This document shows positions 1 through 11,984 of a stretch of 64,000 nucleotides of DNA, one piece after another. The notes under the pieces are model-generated. The model was given only the letters and a program-made list of their open reading frames with translations, was not told the DNA's origin and searched no databases. The first letter of the stretch is position 1. Every line of letters starts with the position of its first letter. Source of the DNA: Mobula hypostoma (Eukaryota); the NCBI RefSeq assembly GCF_963921235.1, contig NC_086097.1:36272001-36336000 (forward strand), given 5' to 3'. Both the position numbers and the translations under genes were made by a program.

Positions 1-1300
1 TTCCACCGAAAGGTTCTGGACTGATATTCTCCAGTCTGTGCTGTCTGAGTATTGCTGTGACATTTTCCCTGAATAGTAATGCCACTCCCCTCCTTTATTC
101 GCTCTCATCTGTCACATCTAAATCAATGGAACCCCAGAATATTATGCTGCCAGTCCTGTCTTTTCTGCAACTGTCTCATTATTCATTACAATATCATAAT
201 TCCCGGTGTTGACCATGCCCTGAGCTCATCTGCCTTTCCTGCAATATTTTTTGCATTGAAGTATACACAGCGCAGGACATTAGTCACACCATGCTCAACC
301 TTCTGATTCCTGGCTTCGTCTGAGGTCTTAACAGCATCATCTCCACAACTTCTCCATTGTGTATTCTGGTAGTCGGGCCCCCACACCCACCCATACCCCC
401 ACCGCACGGCTGTGCAGCACTAGCAAACCTTCATGCTAGAATATTAGTCCCCCGCCAGTTGAGGGGCAAACCATCTCTTCTGCACAGGTCCCACCTTCCC
501 TGGAAGAGAGCCCATGATCTAAAAATCTAAAACCCTCTCTCCTGCACCATCTCCTTAGCCATGTGTTAAAACTGTATGATCTTCTTATTTCTGGCCTCAC
601 TAGCACGTGGCACAGGTAGCAATCTTGAGATCACAACCATAGAGGTCCTGCCCTTTAACTTAGCACCTAACTCCCTGAACGCCCTTTGCAGAACCTCACC
701 ACTCTTCTTTCCTTTATCACGGTACATGGACCATGACCTCTGGCTGTTAACCCTCCCACTTAAGAATGCTGAGGACTCCATCTGGGAAGTCCTGGACCTT
801 GGCACCCAGGAAGCAACAATATGTACCATCCGGGAATCGCATTCTCATCCACAGAACCCCAACTAATGAATCCCCAATCACCACAGCTACCCTTTTCTCC
901 CCACTTCCCTTCGGAATCATAGAGCCAGACTCATGCCAAAGAGCTGACCACTGTAACTTTCCTCTGCTAGGTCATCCCCCCTTCAACAGTATCCAAAGAA
1001 CTGTTAAGGGGGATGAACCCAGAGGTACTCTGCACAAACTGTTCAACCTCTTTCCCCTTCCTGTCACCCATTCTCATGTCCTGCATCGAGGGTGCAACTA
1101 CCTCTCTATATCTCCTATCACTCACTCAGTCTCCCGAACGATCTGGAGTTCATCCAGTTCCAGCTCCAATTTCTTAACGTGGAGTGTTAGAAGCTGTAGC
1201 TGGATGCGTTTCTCCAGGTGTGGTCGTCAGGGACACTGGAGGCCTCCCTGTCCTCCACATCCCACAACAGGCGCATTCAACCAGCCTGCCTTACATCCCT
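1..1300 (-). mobile_element. CR1 LINE, 5' part (ORF1 esterase region and start of ORF2 endonuclease), degenerate; runs off left edge
   Basis: ORF 566-829 (FRELGAKLKGRTSMVVISRLLPVPRA) is homologous to ORF1 of the CR1 at 43346-44269; ORF 186-407 gives LRCVYFNAKNIAGKADELRAW, the typical APE endonuclease N-terminus. Confidence 0.85.
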
Positions 1301-3689
1301 ACTGTTCTAAATGTGCAAACATAAAGAAGGAAAACAATAAATAAACTGGGGGAAAAATATCTATCTACAACTTTTCTGCCTTCTCTCACATAAGCCTCTC
1401 TTCTCTTAAGCCTTAAAGAAAAGCCTAATGATTTTCCCTTATTTGTCTTGGAAGTGATGTGATAATGGCCGCGCTCAGTATCACCAAACTGTATGACAAA
1501 GTGGGATAAGTACTGTATGTGTTTTTTCAGCAATCATTCGCATCACTGCATCCAACATAAACCACACCCATCCTCATTGACAGTGCAATGTTTTCTCAAA
1601 AACATTCGGGATTTTTTTTCTTTCAGGGGAAAACTACCTCCCAGGCAGATCACGCTTGCAGAATCTGGCTGATTCAGCCTGACTCCGTCCTTTCAGTGAT
1701 ACTCCTCCATGATTAAACACCACTCTGGTTAGGTACGATGAACCTTAAAGTTCTCATAATCCATCACCCTTGGGACTTTGGTGATTTTGGACCGGCAGAT
1801 TTTACAGTCTGTTAGCCCTATTAATACTCCAACAAACTTTAATTTATTCATATGTCTTATAGGGTAGTACAATAATTTTTTTCAGAGAACCCGGTGAGGT
1901 ACAGCTTGTATGTTTCAGCTTGCCCCAACGCCAATCATAAAATTATCTATGTTCTCAAATCCCAGTGTTCCCAACCTTGATCCTGGCTCTTGCCACACAC
2001 ACAGTCCATGGTCCAGACAGTGCACATCCAATCCACACTCCAGAGCCCTGCACTAAGGGTAAGCCAGGCACCAAACCATCAGATTTTCTGAACAACTGAG
2101 TACTAGGTATCTGAGTTTTACTGTACTCCAGATGAGAGTGCAGTAAAATTGCATTGTTAACCAAATCTTGTCAAAACCACAAAGAATGCAACAGCCAGAC
2201 CTGGTCAGTAAATATGCTGCTGCAAGCAGGTTTCTCATGGCATCTCTGCATACAGTGCATGTACTTGTGTAGAAGACAATAAACTGAACATTGCCTTTGA
2301 GAAAACCATGATTAACATTAATTTTTGCCCTCATTAGTCTACCTGTCTCAGATGCCTCTACCTTAACAATACTGATAGGAAAAGTAATGAGGCCCTGTAG
2401 AGGCAAATTCTCATCTTCACACAGAGCTTGTGTGGTGCTACTGCCAAGTTGATGGAATGGATGCCGAACATATAGAGCACAAAACTGATTGACCTTTAGA
2501 GACTGTGCAGCCATTGCTAGAATCAGTAATCTCATTCCTCTCATTCTACATTGACCAACAACCTCATGATACTGACTCCAGGTGAAGATTGGACACATGA
2601 GAACAGAACTGTATCAGGAGTTCCTAAACCTAACTTGCCAACCAGATGAAGTTAAAATACAGGATTTTCCACATAATAAACAACAACAGGTATTATTATC
2701 TCCCACACAGTCACTGATCACTTTTCTCTAGAGATCATCCCTCCAGTTTCCATCTTTAAACATTACACAGGTTGCCTTCAATACATTCTTAATATCTACA
2801 AACAGATGGAACCAGTCACATTCCTTCTTACCTTATCATTTCCCCTTGTCCAGTCCCCTACAGTTTACATCCATGACCCCTCTGGCATTCTTTACAACTT
2901 GGATAGTTTCCAATTTCCTGGTCCCAGATAGTTCATTTCACCAAGGACATCCATTTTCACCAGACCTGCAGCCCATCCCAAGCCGACCCACACTTCTACC
3001 ATGAATCAGGGCCCGAAAACAGTCTCCCTCCTTTGTAATCTTCTCTTTTTTGACCAAACATGTTTGTGCATTTTAAAAAAGCCAGCTTTGTTCTATTCTC
3101 CACACTTCTTCTCAAACCCTTTCCTCTTCCAGCAAGAGAAATGGTTTGGTTTCCTTTGTCTTAACTCTGCCCCATGTTTAATGAATCACCTTCCATAATT
3201 TGCCACTTTCAATCAGAATCAGGTTTAGTATCCCTGGCATATGTCATGAAATATGTTGTTCTGTGTCAGTACCCACGGAGCTGTACGCAAAGATTCATGA
3301 CTAATCGGTGTCATCTTGTACATTATTGATATGAAAATACCAACAGTTTCATCATACTCTCCTTCCATCACCTATCACGACATTTCAAAAAGATTATTCC
3401 CTCTGCACAGCTCTGATTTACTCCCTTCATCTCCACCAACAGTAATTTCCCTTCTCCAAGCATTTTCCAATGCAAATAGGAAATATACAATAAGAACCCT
3501 TTCACCTCTCCCTTCCCACCATTTAGAGATCTGCACATTCCTTTCATCAGAGTGAGGTAGTGATTCACTGATATTCTTCGAATTTTGGGCACTGTATTCA
3601 GTGCTCACAATGTGGTGTGCTTCACATTGTAGAGTGCAGGTGCAAGCTGGGTGATCACCTTGCAGAACAATTTTCAAGGATTTTTTATA

Positions 3690-3960
3690 TATCAAAATAA
3701 ACTTTAACTCCGCTATGCATAGTCCCAAGCCCAGCTGCAACAGAAGGAAGGTTAAGCATAGGATCAACAACCCCATTCTGTAAAAGCCCAGAGCTAGAGA
3801 AACGCCAACAGAAGCTCCAAAGATCTCAGCCCTGGGAGAGGAAGGATCTTTATGTAGATGGGTTACATCTGGGGACAACTTGAAAGACTAGCCCAGGACA
3901 GAGGACTCTGGCGAGTTGCAGTGGGCAGCCTATGCTCCAGTCTGGGCGATGGACTTAAAC
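3690..3960 (+). mobile_element. Short RTE-derived non-autonomous element
   Basis: 3' part translates WGQLERLAQDRGLWRVAVGSLCSS, a typical RTE C-terminus; 5' boundary approximate. Confidence 0.55.
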
Positions 3961-4549
3961 AAAACAAACTTCTTTCATAATAAACTCATTATTTTTCATC
4001 ATCCTTGAGAATTGGAAGCAGGATCGTCCAATTGTCAAGGATGATCCTGAGCTTCTAGTTGCCTGAACTTACTCTCACTTCTCACTCACGTTCTGCTCGC
4101 TATACCTTTAGCTTCTTACACAGTAAACATAAGGACATCGGTATGAAATAGAAAGATCACAATTTTTCAATTGCAATGCCATTTTCCACACCATACTGCC
4201 TGATTCCCTCAATGTTCTGAAATTAGCTGATCTGTGTTTTGAATGAGTACGATAACGGAGCCTGCATTTGGAGAGAAACCGAAAGGTTCACAAATCAATG
4301 AAGAGACTCTTCTTTATCTCAGAACTAAATGAACTATCTCTTACTTTAAAATCATGACGGTTGGTTCTAGAAACCTCGGTCAAAACGAAACATCCTCCCT
4401 GTATGCAGCCAATCAAGCCCTAAAATAGTTCCAGCAGACTCAGCCCACTGAATTTCTCTTTGTCCAGGCAACTGGTTATTCCCGGAACCCGTGAAGGGAT
4501 ATTTCTCTGCACTCCTAACAGCAAGTACAGTACCTTAAGTAAAGAGACC

Positions 4550-5350
4550 ACAAATGAAATTACGCGAGGGCTTGTTTAACGAGTCTGCGGGAGTTTCGTG
4601 AGATAGCATGGCTGTCAGGCTTGAAACCAGGCAGAGGCAACAATGTTGAAAAAGTGAAAGTAAGTAGTCATAGTGAATAGTAATGCAATACACGTAATAG
4701 TAAAACGTACGTGAAATTGTTTTGTTAGACTTGCACGGCCGTTACAGAATGCACGTTTTTAATGGTGCAATTTCCGCCATTTCTTCCCCCACCCCTATCG
4801 AGGAAAATCCAGGTGTAGTTCAGATATCCAGTGCGGTTATCTGGTGATATACCAGCCGGACCCGGGTTTACGGGTATACTCCAGCACCAGCCCCGTGCTC
4901 TTGTTGATACAGGTGTCGCTGCGATTTGATTGGTCTCTTCAACCTCGGCTTGCTGCACTTGTTTTGGTGTGATTGGTGGAATTGAGTTCCCCTCCTGGCG
5001 GATGGTGGGCGTAAGTAAATATGATTGGTCTCCGTTCTTGCAGATGGCCCATTCTGCGAAGTGATTGGTTAGTATGTGCAGCAGCAAGCTACCAGTCGAG
5101 AGCCCTGCTGAGTATTAGTTGTTAAACTTCGCTGTGAGTAGCATGATAAGAAAATGCATTCTTGTTTTCGGCGTAAATTGTATCTCCTTTCAAATGCTTC
5201 GTTTCCCCCCCTCCAAACCGCGTTGCATTTTGTTAAAACTGAACAAGGTAAGTAATGTAATTCAGTGCTTCAATTTACCCGCGCCGCCGGTACCAGAATC
5301 GCTGTGGAATGAGTTTTCCATGGCCCCTTCTTATCTATGCCCATCCTCGC
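4550..5350. promoter_or_regulatory. CpG-rich, probably bidirectional promoter (4 CCAAT boxes, YY1-like motif, 3 HRE cores)
   Basis: CpG retained in a CpG-depleted background; TGATTGGT with ATTGG at 4929, 4972, 5024 and 5064; CCGCCATTT at 4774; ACGTG cores at 4691(-), 4709(+) and 4752(-); AAG|GTAAGT donor at 5247/5248. Confidence 0.75.
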
Positions 5351-7518
5351 TAGAAGTAATGAATGCTTATCTTATACTGTATTGGAAGTTTAGTTTTTAA
5401 TGTATTAGTAAGGAGAAATGTGTGATACAATGATCTGTTGACTGAGGTTCATGATACAGATTTTAAATCCACAGTTCATTGGGAATTGGGGTTAAATGCG
5501 TAGTCCGAAGAGAAAAGGTGAGATGGTTATGTTGTTTCCATGTCTGTGGTTGGTTCATATTGCAAGCTGTGTACAAACAAAACGTTGATGAATTATGTGA
5601 AATTTTAAAGTGGCCAGTTATTTTATAAATGATCATTTATGCTGTTCTGTTACTGGAATTTGGTTTTGTGATTGTGGTAGATTATATTTGAATGGATCTG
5701 TGGTGAAAAGTTAGAATCCTTTCATTGTATCATGGATATTCGAAAACTACAGTATAAATGTATTGTGAGAATGATTAATGAGGAGCCCAGTGATTTCATT
5801 AATGTTTCTTCATTCATCTAATTGTAGGTTAGTGAAAAAATTGTAACTAGAAAGTCATATCTATTCACTCTGATGCAGATCACCATACAATCAAATATTT
5901 CTTAGAACATATTGGTGAATATTAATGTCATTCTCATGTTTTGTGTGGAAGGAATTGTACTGAGTAAGCTGTAAATGCTCAAAGACCCTGGGATGAATTG
6001 TCATTCTCTTTTTAATGATCTTTGATATCCTTTCTTTCATGAATGTTGCTTAAGGACCACACAAGTTCTGTAAAATCACACAACTGGTGATCTTCATTCC
6101 TGGATGTCAGTTGTTGAAATCCAGTTCTTCCATCTGTTATTGACAATGAGTGAAGAATCTAGCTTGGGCTAATGATATAAATGAATGCTTATGTGCAACG
6201 TCAATTCTATTCTTAAATATCCAGTGCTCTTCATGACAGTTTGATGCCATGGATACACGGATAGTTTTTTGGTGAGTGTATTCCGAACACTATGACCTCA
6301 TGGAAAAGTACAAGTTAATCATTGATTTGCCGATTTTTTTTCAAGGTGATTGAAATAAATTTTTGGTGGTAGTCTTTCCGTGGACTTGCAAAACTCAGTT
6401 ACTAACGATCATGCAAATAATTTTAACAGAAATGAAAGTGTGAATTGAGGATGTCGGCTGGTACATGTTATGGAAGTCAGTGGTAGAGAGTAAGGTTACA
6501 GGGATGCAATAACTGTGATACTAATATCTATAAAGGACCTACTGGGTTAGTGTTAATAGATTTAGATAGAGCAATATAACATGTCCAAATCAATAGATGA
6601 AGCCAGACAGGGCAAAATGAAATTCAGAGCTTGGAATGGCAATTTACACAAGTAAAGTGGATGGTCAAAAGTGTGCAAATGGTTTTCATTGGCCAAATGT
6701 GGTATTACCCACACTGTACTCAAAGGTAAACATTAAAATATTTTCCTCTTTGGAAATGAGGAACAAAGGGAATTGTGTGCCAGAGCACTTAACATTGGTA
6801 CAAACTATAACTTAAACTTTAGTCCAACCTATTTGGAATATGTATCTTCTGAGGTTTCAACACTAGGGAGCATTGGTTAGATCCCTAATGAAGTACAAGG
6901 TTCAAGTATTGAATTGGCATTCTGGACTAGACAAGGTATTCTAGCTTTGTATCAATTATCAATCACCAATTAGGGTTGTAAGTGGTTACATTTTTGTGAA
7001 ATCTAAAATTCACAGACTTCTTGGTATTTGTAGAAGAATGCAAGATCTTTAATAAAGGAGGCACGTATAGAGTATCTATAGATGGAAAAATGTAGTTTGA
7101 ATGATCTTTATTGTAATTATACATAAGTACAATGAAACTCTGTTTGGCTTCCTCTCAGACAATTAAATAAAGTGGTAGATAAAAACAAGGCAGTAATAGA
7201 AAAACAGTATTAAATAGGTAAGTAGCAGAAAATAAGGGGCAGCAGCACCAGAAGGAAGTATACTTAAATGAATCTGGTTTACTTAGAGTTGAAATAGTAT
7301 TGTGGAAATCTGGCACTTTCTCAGAGTAGTAGGATTTTGGGTTAGTTGGAAGTGTGAGTGACTATATTTAATAACCCAAGTCTATGGAGGCATGGATAAG
7401 TACAGTTAAGGTATTAGCAGGCCATAATTGGACTGAATGCCAGGACAGGCTGGACAGACTGAATGGTTTCCACATCTTCGGCTTCTGCAGAGTGCATTAT
7501 GTCAGGTATCTTATTTGT

Positions 7519-8060
7519 TAGAACATAGAAACCTACAGCATATTAAAGGCCCCTCGGCCCACAATGTTGTGCTGATCATGTAACCTACTCTAGAAACTGC
7601 CTAGAATTTCCCTAGTGCATAGCCCTCTATTTTTCTAAGCTCCATGTTCCTATCTAAGAGGCCCTATTGTATCCTCCTCCACCACAGTCGCCAGCAGCCT
7701 ATTCCAAGCTCCCACCACTGTCTGTGTGAAAAACTTACCTCTGACATCCCTTCTGTATCTACGTCCAATCGCTTTAAAACTCTGCCCACTTGTGTTAGCC
7801 ATTTTAGTCCTGGGAAAAAGCCTCTGTCTAGCCACATGCTCAATGCTTCTCATTTTATACACCTGTATCAGGTCACTGCTCATCTTCCGTTGCTCCAAGG
7901 AGAAAAGGCCAAGTTCACTCAAACTATTCTCATAAGGCATGCTCCCCAATCCAGGCAACATCCTTGTAAATCTCCTCTGCACTCTTTCTATAGTGTCCAC
8001 CTCCTTCCTGTAGTGAGGTGACCAGAAATGAACACAGTTCTCCAAGTATCCAGTGTAACT
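7519..8060 (-). mobile_element. CR1 LINE 3' fragment
   Basis: ORF 7650-8090 (LENCVHFWSPHYRKEVDTIERVQRRFTRMLPG) plus TTCTATGT-type tail at left. Confidence 0.9.
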
Positions 8061-8181
8061 AATGTTATTGCATTTTTCCTTGGATTTCATAATGCCAGAA
8101 TCAATAAACTTTGCCTAACTTGGAACCTTGAACCTGAACACGAGGAAATCTGCAGATGCTGGAATTTCAAGCAACATACAT

Positions 8182-8491
8182 TTTTAGAGGCTAGGGGTGT
8201 CGGTGGAGAGGTTTTAGAGGCTGGGGGTGTCGGTGGAGAGGTTTTAGAGGCTGGGGGTGTCGGTGGAGAGGTTTTAGAGGCTGGGGGTGTCAGTGGAGAG
8301 GTTAGAGGCTGGGGGTGTCGGTGGAGAGGGTTTAGAGGCTGGGGGTGTCAGTGGAGAGTTTAGAGGCTGGGGGTGTCAGTGGAGAGGGTTTAGAGGCTGG
8401 GGGTGTCGGTGGAGAGGTTTTAGCTGGGGGTGTCAGTGGAGAGGTTTTAGAGGCTGGGGGTGTAGGTGGAGAGGTTAGAGGCTGGGGGTGT
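8182..8491 (+). repeat. G-rich minisatellite, about 10.5 copies of a 27-30 bp unit GTTTTAGAGGCTGGGGGTGTC(G/A)GTGGAGAG
   Basis: Tandem units directly visible, no spacers. Confidence 0.95.
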
Positions 8492-9179
8492 ACTTTGAAC
8501 CTGCGTTTGTTTATATATTAATCTCAACCTTTTATGTTTTAACCTTCAGTTTGCTTAAGATGTCACATTTCATCCCTAAGTCAGAAAATTATGCAATAAA
8601 GTTCCAACTCCTTCAAGAATTGGGAATGCAGTTTCATTTGCCAAATGGTGGATTATCTGAGATGCTATGTTTTAGATGGGAGACTAACCTGATGGTTGGG
8701 TGGATGCAGAGTTACAAGGTCACCTGCAAGTGACTTTGAGCCTCCCCAGATCACCAGGAACGTACCATGTAAACTGTTGTACTGTGTCAGGATCCAATAA
8801 ATTGACATGCTTTTTCAGTGAAAGCTTGCTGCTGCCCCTATCTCCCTGTCCCCATCTGTCTTTCATCTAGTCTGGGTTTTATTTTAATGCTACATATTGC
8901 AGGTGATGTCTTATACCCTCCTAATGTAATCCTAATAATGCATTTCCTAAAATGCAAGAGATCATAGATGGTTTGCTAAGAAGGTGAACTTTTATGAAAT
9001 GCCTTGGCCAACAGCTGGATTTTGCAATCGCCGTTTTCTGCTTTGGCCAAATGTTAATATCTGTAGTCCCAAACCTATGGCAAAGAAAATCTCATTCCTC
9101 TTTATCAGGCTATAGCAAATGAAGAACACTTGGGATGGTATGGGAAAGTGTTGGTCACATTAGCCCCCTGGTTACATAA

Positions 9180-9480
9180 ACTTGTTTTATGTATGGAGCC
9201 CTGGAGGACTTGGAGGCTGGCTGGAGGTGGTCTGTCCTGGAGTCGGAGGCCTGCATTGGAGGGTTAGTGGACGGATGGAAAGGGGCTTGTTTGGCTGTTG
9301 TCTTGTTGTTGTTGCTTGTGTTCTGTGGAACACTGTGGGCATGCTATGTTGGCACAGGAATGTGTGGTGAAACAGCAGGCTGCCTTCAGCACATCTTTGG
9401 GGGTGCTGATCGTTAACACAAATGATGCACTTCACTGTATGTTTCCATGTACATGTGACAAATAATTCTGAATCTGAGTC
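9180..9480 (+). mobile_element. Non-autonomous retroelement/SINE 3' end
   Basis: Ends in ...gtacatgtgacaaataattctgaatctga; similar to the minus-strand element at 49295-49395 and 50220-50260. Confidence 0.5.
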
Positions 9481-9599
9481 TCAATACTGAGGGTTTAGTT
9501 GGAGATTATTTTTTTTCAAATTGCACTTTTATTAATTTAAAGTTATTTCTTTAGTGACAGATTATTTCATTCTCTCTTTGTAACTCATTTGATCTTGTA

Positions 9600-10850
9600 T
9601 TTTGACATTAACACGTGGCTCCCACACCTGATTTCATATCCTTCCATCAGAGTTGGTGTCCTTCCTGTCACTCGTTGATCCCCCGTTGCATTGGTCCACG
9701 CCCGTCTTTTGGCGGTATCCGCACTGAAGCTTGTTTTCAAGGAAAACTCGCACAGCCAATAGTAGATGCTGTTAAGATACCACCAGAGATGGTCCAGATC
9801 TCGTGGAACCTGTCACTACCTGGCGTGGGGAAATTGGAATCCTCATAGTGGTTTACTGGGCTGCGCGTGGAAGAGTTTTCCAAAGTTTATGCTCTTGCTC
9901 GATGTCGCAAAACATTCATTCCTGGAAGGGAAACTGGATATTGCGGTGCCTTTCATTGCTGCAAGGACTCTGAACCCTACCCCTCCTTTTAAAACTGCCA
10001 TTGAACGTCGATTTTCTGTTCTTATCGATTATGTATTAGGTTACTGCCCTTGGATTGAATCGTGGATTTCTGACGAACGTCATTTTCAAATGTATTCCCA
10101 AATCCTTAGCAATTTCCACTGCTGAAATTACTAACTGCTCTAACGGTACCTATAACACAATCCATTCGTTGAATTTCGTCCATCTCTCATATTTAGACAC
10201 TCCCCCTGGTTATTGAGCAAAGTTATTATTTGCAGTCGTACCATGCGTTTCAGCACGTAGGCATGATTTGGCTTGAGCTGACGAGCGATACGAGCCGTTG
10301 TGGCTGTTCCTTGTTGTCTGCTGCCCTGGGGAGGCAAGTGCCTGTGATCACGTACCACAGAGGGGCGGAGATGTTGGCTGAAACAGATGGGCTGCGAATG
10401 ACAGGCGAGCTGTGGTCTGGTCTGGTCCGGTCTGGAAGTGTGAATTTGTCGTTTCTACAAACCATAGCTCGGTGCACTGCCGACCTGTTCGGGAATGATG
10501 TCTAACGGGGAGCTTTAAATTTGTTTTAGAAGATGTTTAATAGATGAGAAAATTAAGTCAATTTTGTCAAAACAATTAAATAGGAACATGACGTCAAGTT
10601 TAAATCATTAGGGGATCTGTAGCAATAAAATTCCTAAAGTTCTATTTGCACTGTGAACCAAGTCAGCATTTGACGCACCCCCCCCCCCACCCCAACCGCT
10701 TCTGCTAAGATCCTCGGAATCCACCTTGTTAACCAAGCTTTTACCTACGACCTTGAAACTTTCCCTTCAGTTGGGTGACAGGCTTTGAGGATTGAGGAGC
10801 ACCTTGAGATGTTGTAAGCCATTAAACGTGCTTATATAAATGTAAGGCAT
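9600..10850. promoter_or_regulatory. CpG-rich regulatory island with HRE cluster, CRE, GC box and CCAAT
   Basis: Seven RCGTG cores (9612, 9697, 9823, 9865, 10254, 10349, 10826); TGACGTCA 10589-10596; GGGGCGG 10362-10368; CCAAT near 9756; no recognisable repeat or protein. Confidence 0.6.
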
Positions 10851-11677
10851 TTAGAGTGTAGTTAATATGTTAGCCATGAGAAATCAAGTATAAATACTGT
10901 ATCTATTAATCTGTGCACTTTCAGTAGATGGGAATTTCATTAAATGTTGTACTGAAGATACCTGAGCCCAATTAGAAACGTGAGATGTGTTAAGATTGAC
11001 ACTTTGACAATACCAGCAAATTGCTGATAGTGACTCATTTGCAAAAACTTTCTTTCCCCTTCCTTGCCACTGAAATAAGTTAATATTCTGTGGATGGACT
11101 GGCCGCATATAGGCTCCATGTGACTTCTGTCATTCTACTCAATTTGATGCAAAGATCATCTTTCTGCTGAACATGATCCCTTTGTGTCATTGGAATAGTT
11201 AAAACATGATTGGGCACTCAAATGTAAACTTGAAACATGTAAGCAAAATCTCATGGTTTACAATAAGTGCTCTTTAAAATACTACCCTCTTGATGAATAT
11301 AGTTTTGCTTGATGCATTTTTTTCTCCCCAGTCCAAAGTTAAGAGAAGCCCAAGTAATGGACAGTATAGTAGTGTAGTAGTTAGCCTAAAGCCAGCAACA
11401 CGGGTTCACTGTAAGTTCTGGTGCCCTCTCCCCATAACCTTTAACACCCTCAGTAATCAAGAACCTATGAAACTGAAAGTTCAAAGTAAATTTATTACCT
11501 GAGATTCATTTTCTTGCAGGCATACTGATAAATCCATAATAGAATTCAATGAAAGATCACACCAATTTGGTTTAACCCAGTCACAAACAAGATAAAATCT
11601 GCAAATGGCTGGAAATCCGGGCAACACCCACACTAGAGGAACTCAGCAAACCAGGCCGCATCTACAGAAAAGAGTGT

Positions 11678-11713
11678 AGTCGACGTTTCGGGCTGAAACC
11701 CTTCGGCAGGACT
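11678..11713 (-). ncRNA. Minimal type I hammerhead ribozyme motif (Penelope-associated), core variant CUGCCGA
   Basis: Minus strand reads AGTC-CTGCCGA-A-GGG-tttcag-CCC-GAAAC-GTC-GACT: stem I AGTC/GACT, stem II GGG/CCC, palindromic ACGT in place of stem III. Confidence 0.6.
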
Positions 11714-11984
11714 GGAGAAAAAAGCTGAGGAGTAGATTTAAAAGGTGGGGGGGGTGGGAGAGAGAAACACGAGGTGATAGGTGAAACCTGGAGGGGGAGG
11801 GATGAAGTAAAGAGCTGGGAAGTTGACTGGTGGAAGAGACAATGGGCAGGTGGTGGTGGGTGGTACCACTCTCCAAATCCAGCGCACAATTCTCCAAGAC
11901 TTCTGCCATCTCCAACAGGATCCCACCACCAAGCACATCTCTCCCCCTACCCCCACCCCCACACCCCAGCTTTCTGCTGGCCGC

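Noticed and set aside
2053..2598. 181-aa minus-strand ORF
   Set aside because: No recognisable domain or splice context; the region may be an ancient LINE remnant, but I cannot support a family call
1300..4900. SNAPC1 first coding exon expected from synteny
   Set aside because: No SNAPC1-like peptide found by eye; minus-strand ATGs near 4609 and 4780 hit stops within 25 codons
8182..8491. Repeat units begin GTTTTAGAG, like a type II CRISPR repeat
   Set aside because: Units are directly tandem with no unique spacers, there are no cas genes, and the context is vertebrate; it is a minisatellite
9615..10505. Several overlapping ORFs in the CpG-rich island
   Set aside because: No homology recognised, many non-ATG starts, both strands; expected by chance in higher-GC DNA
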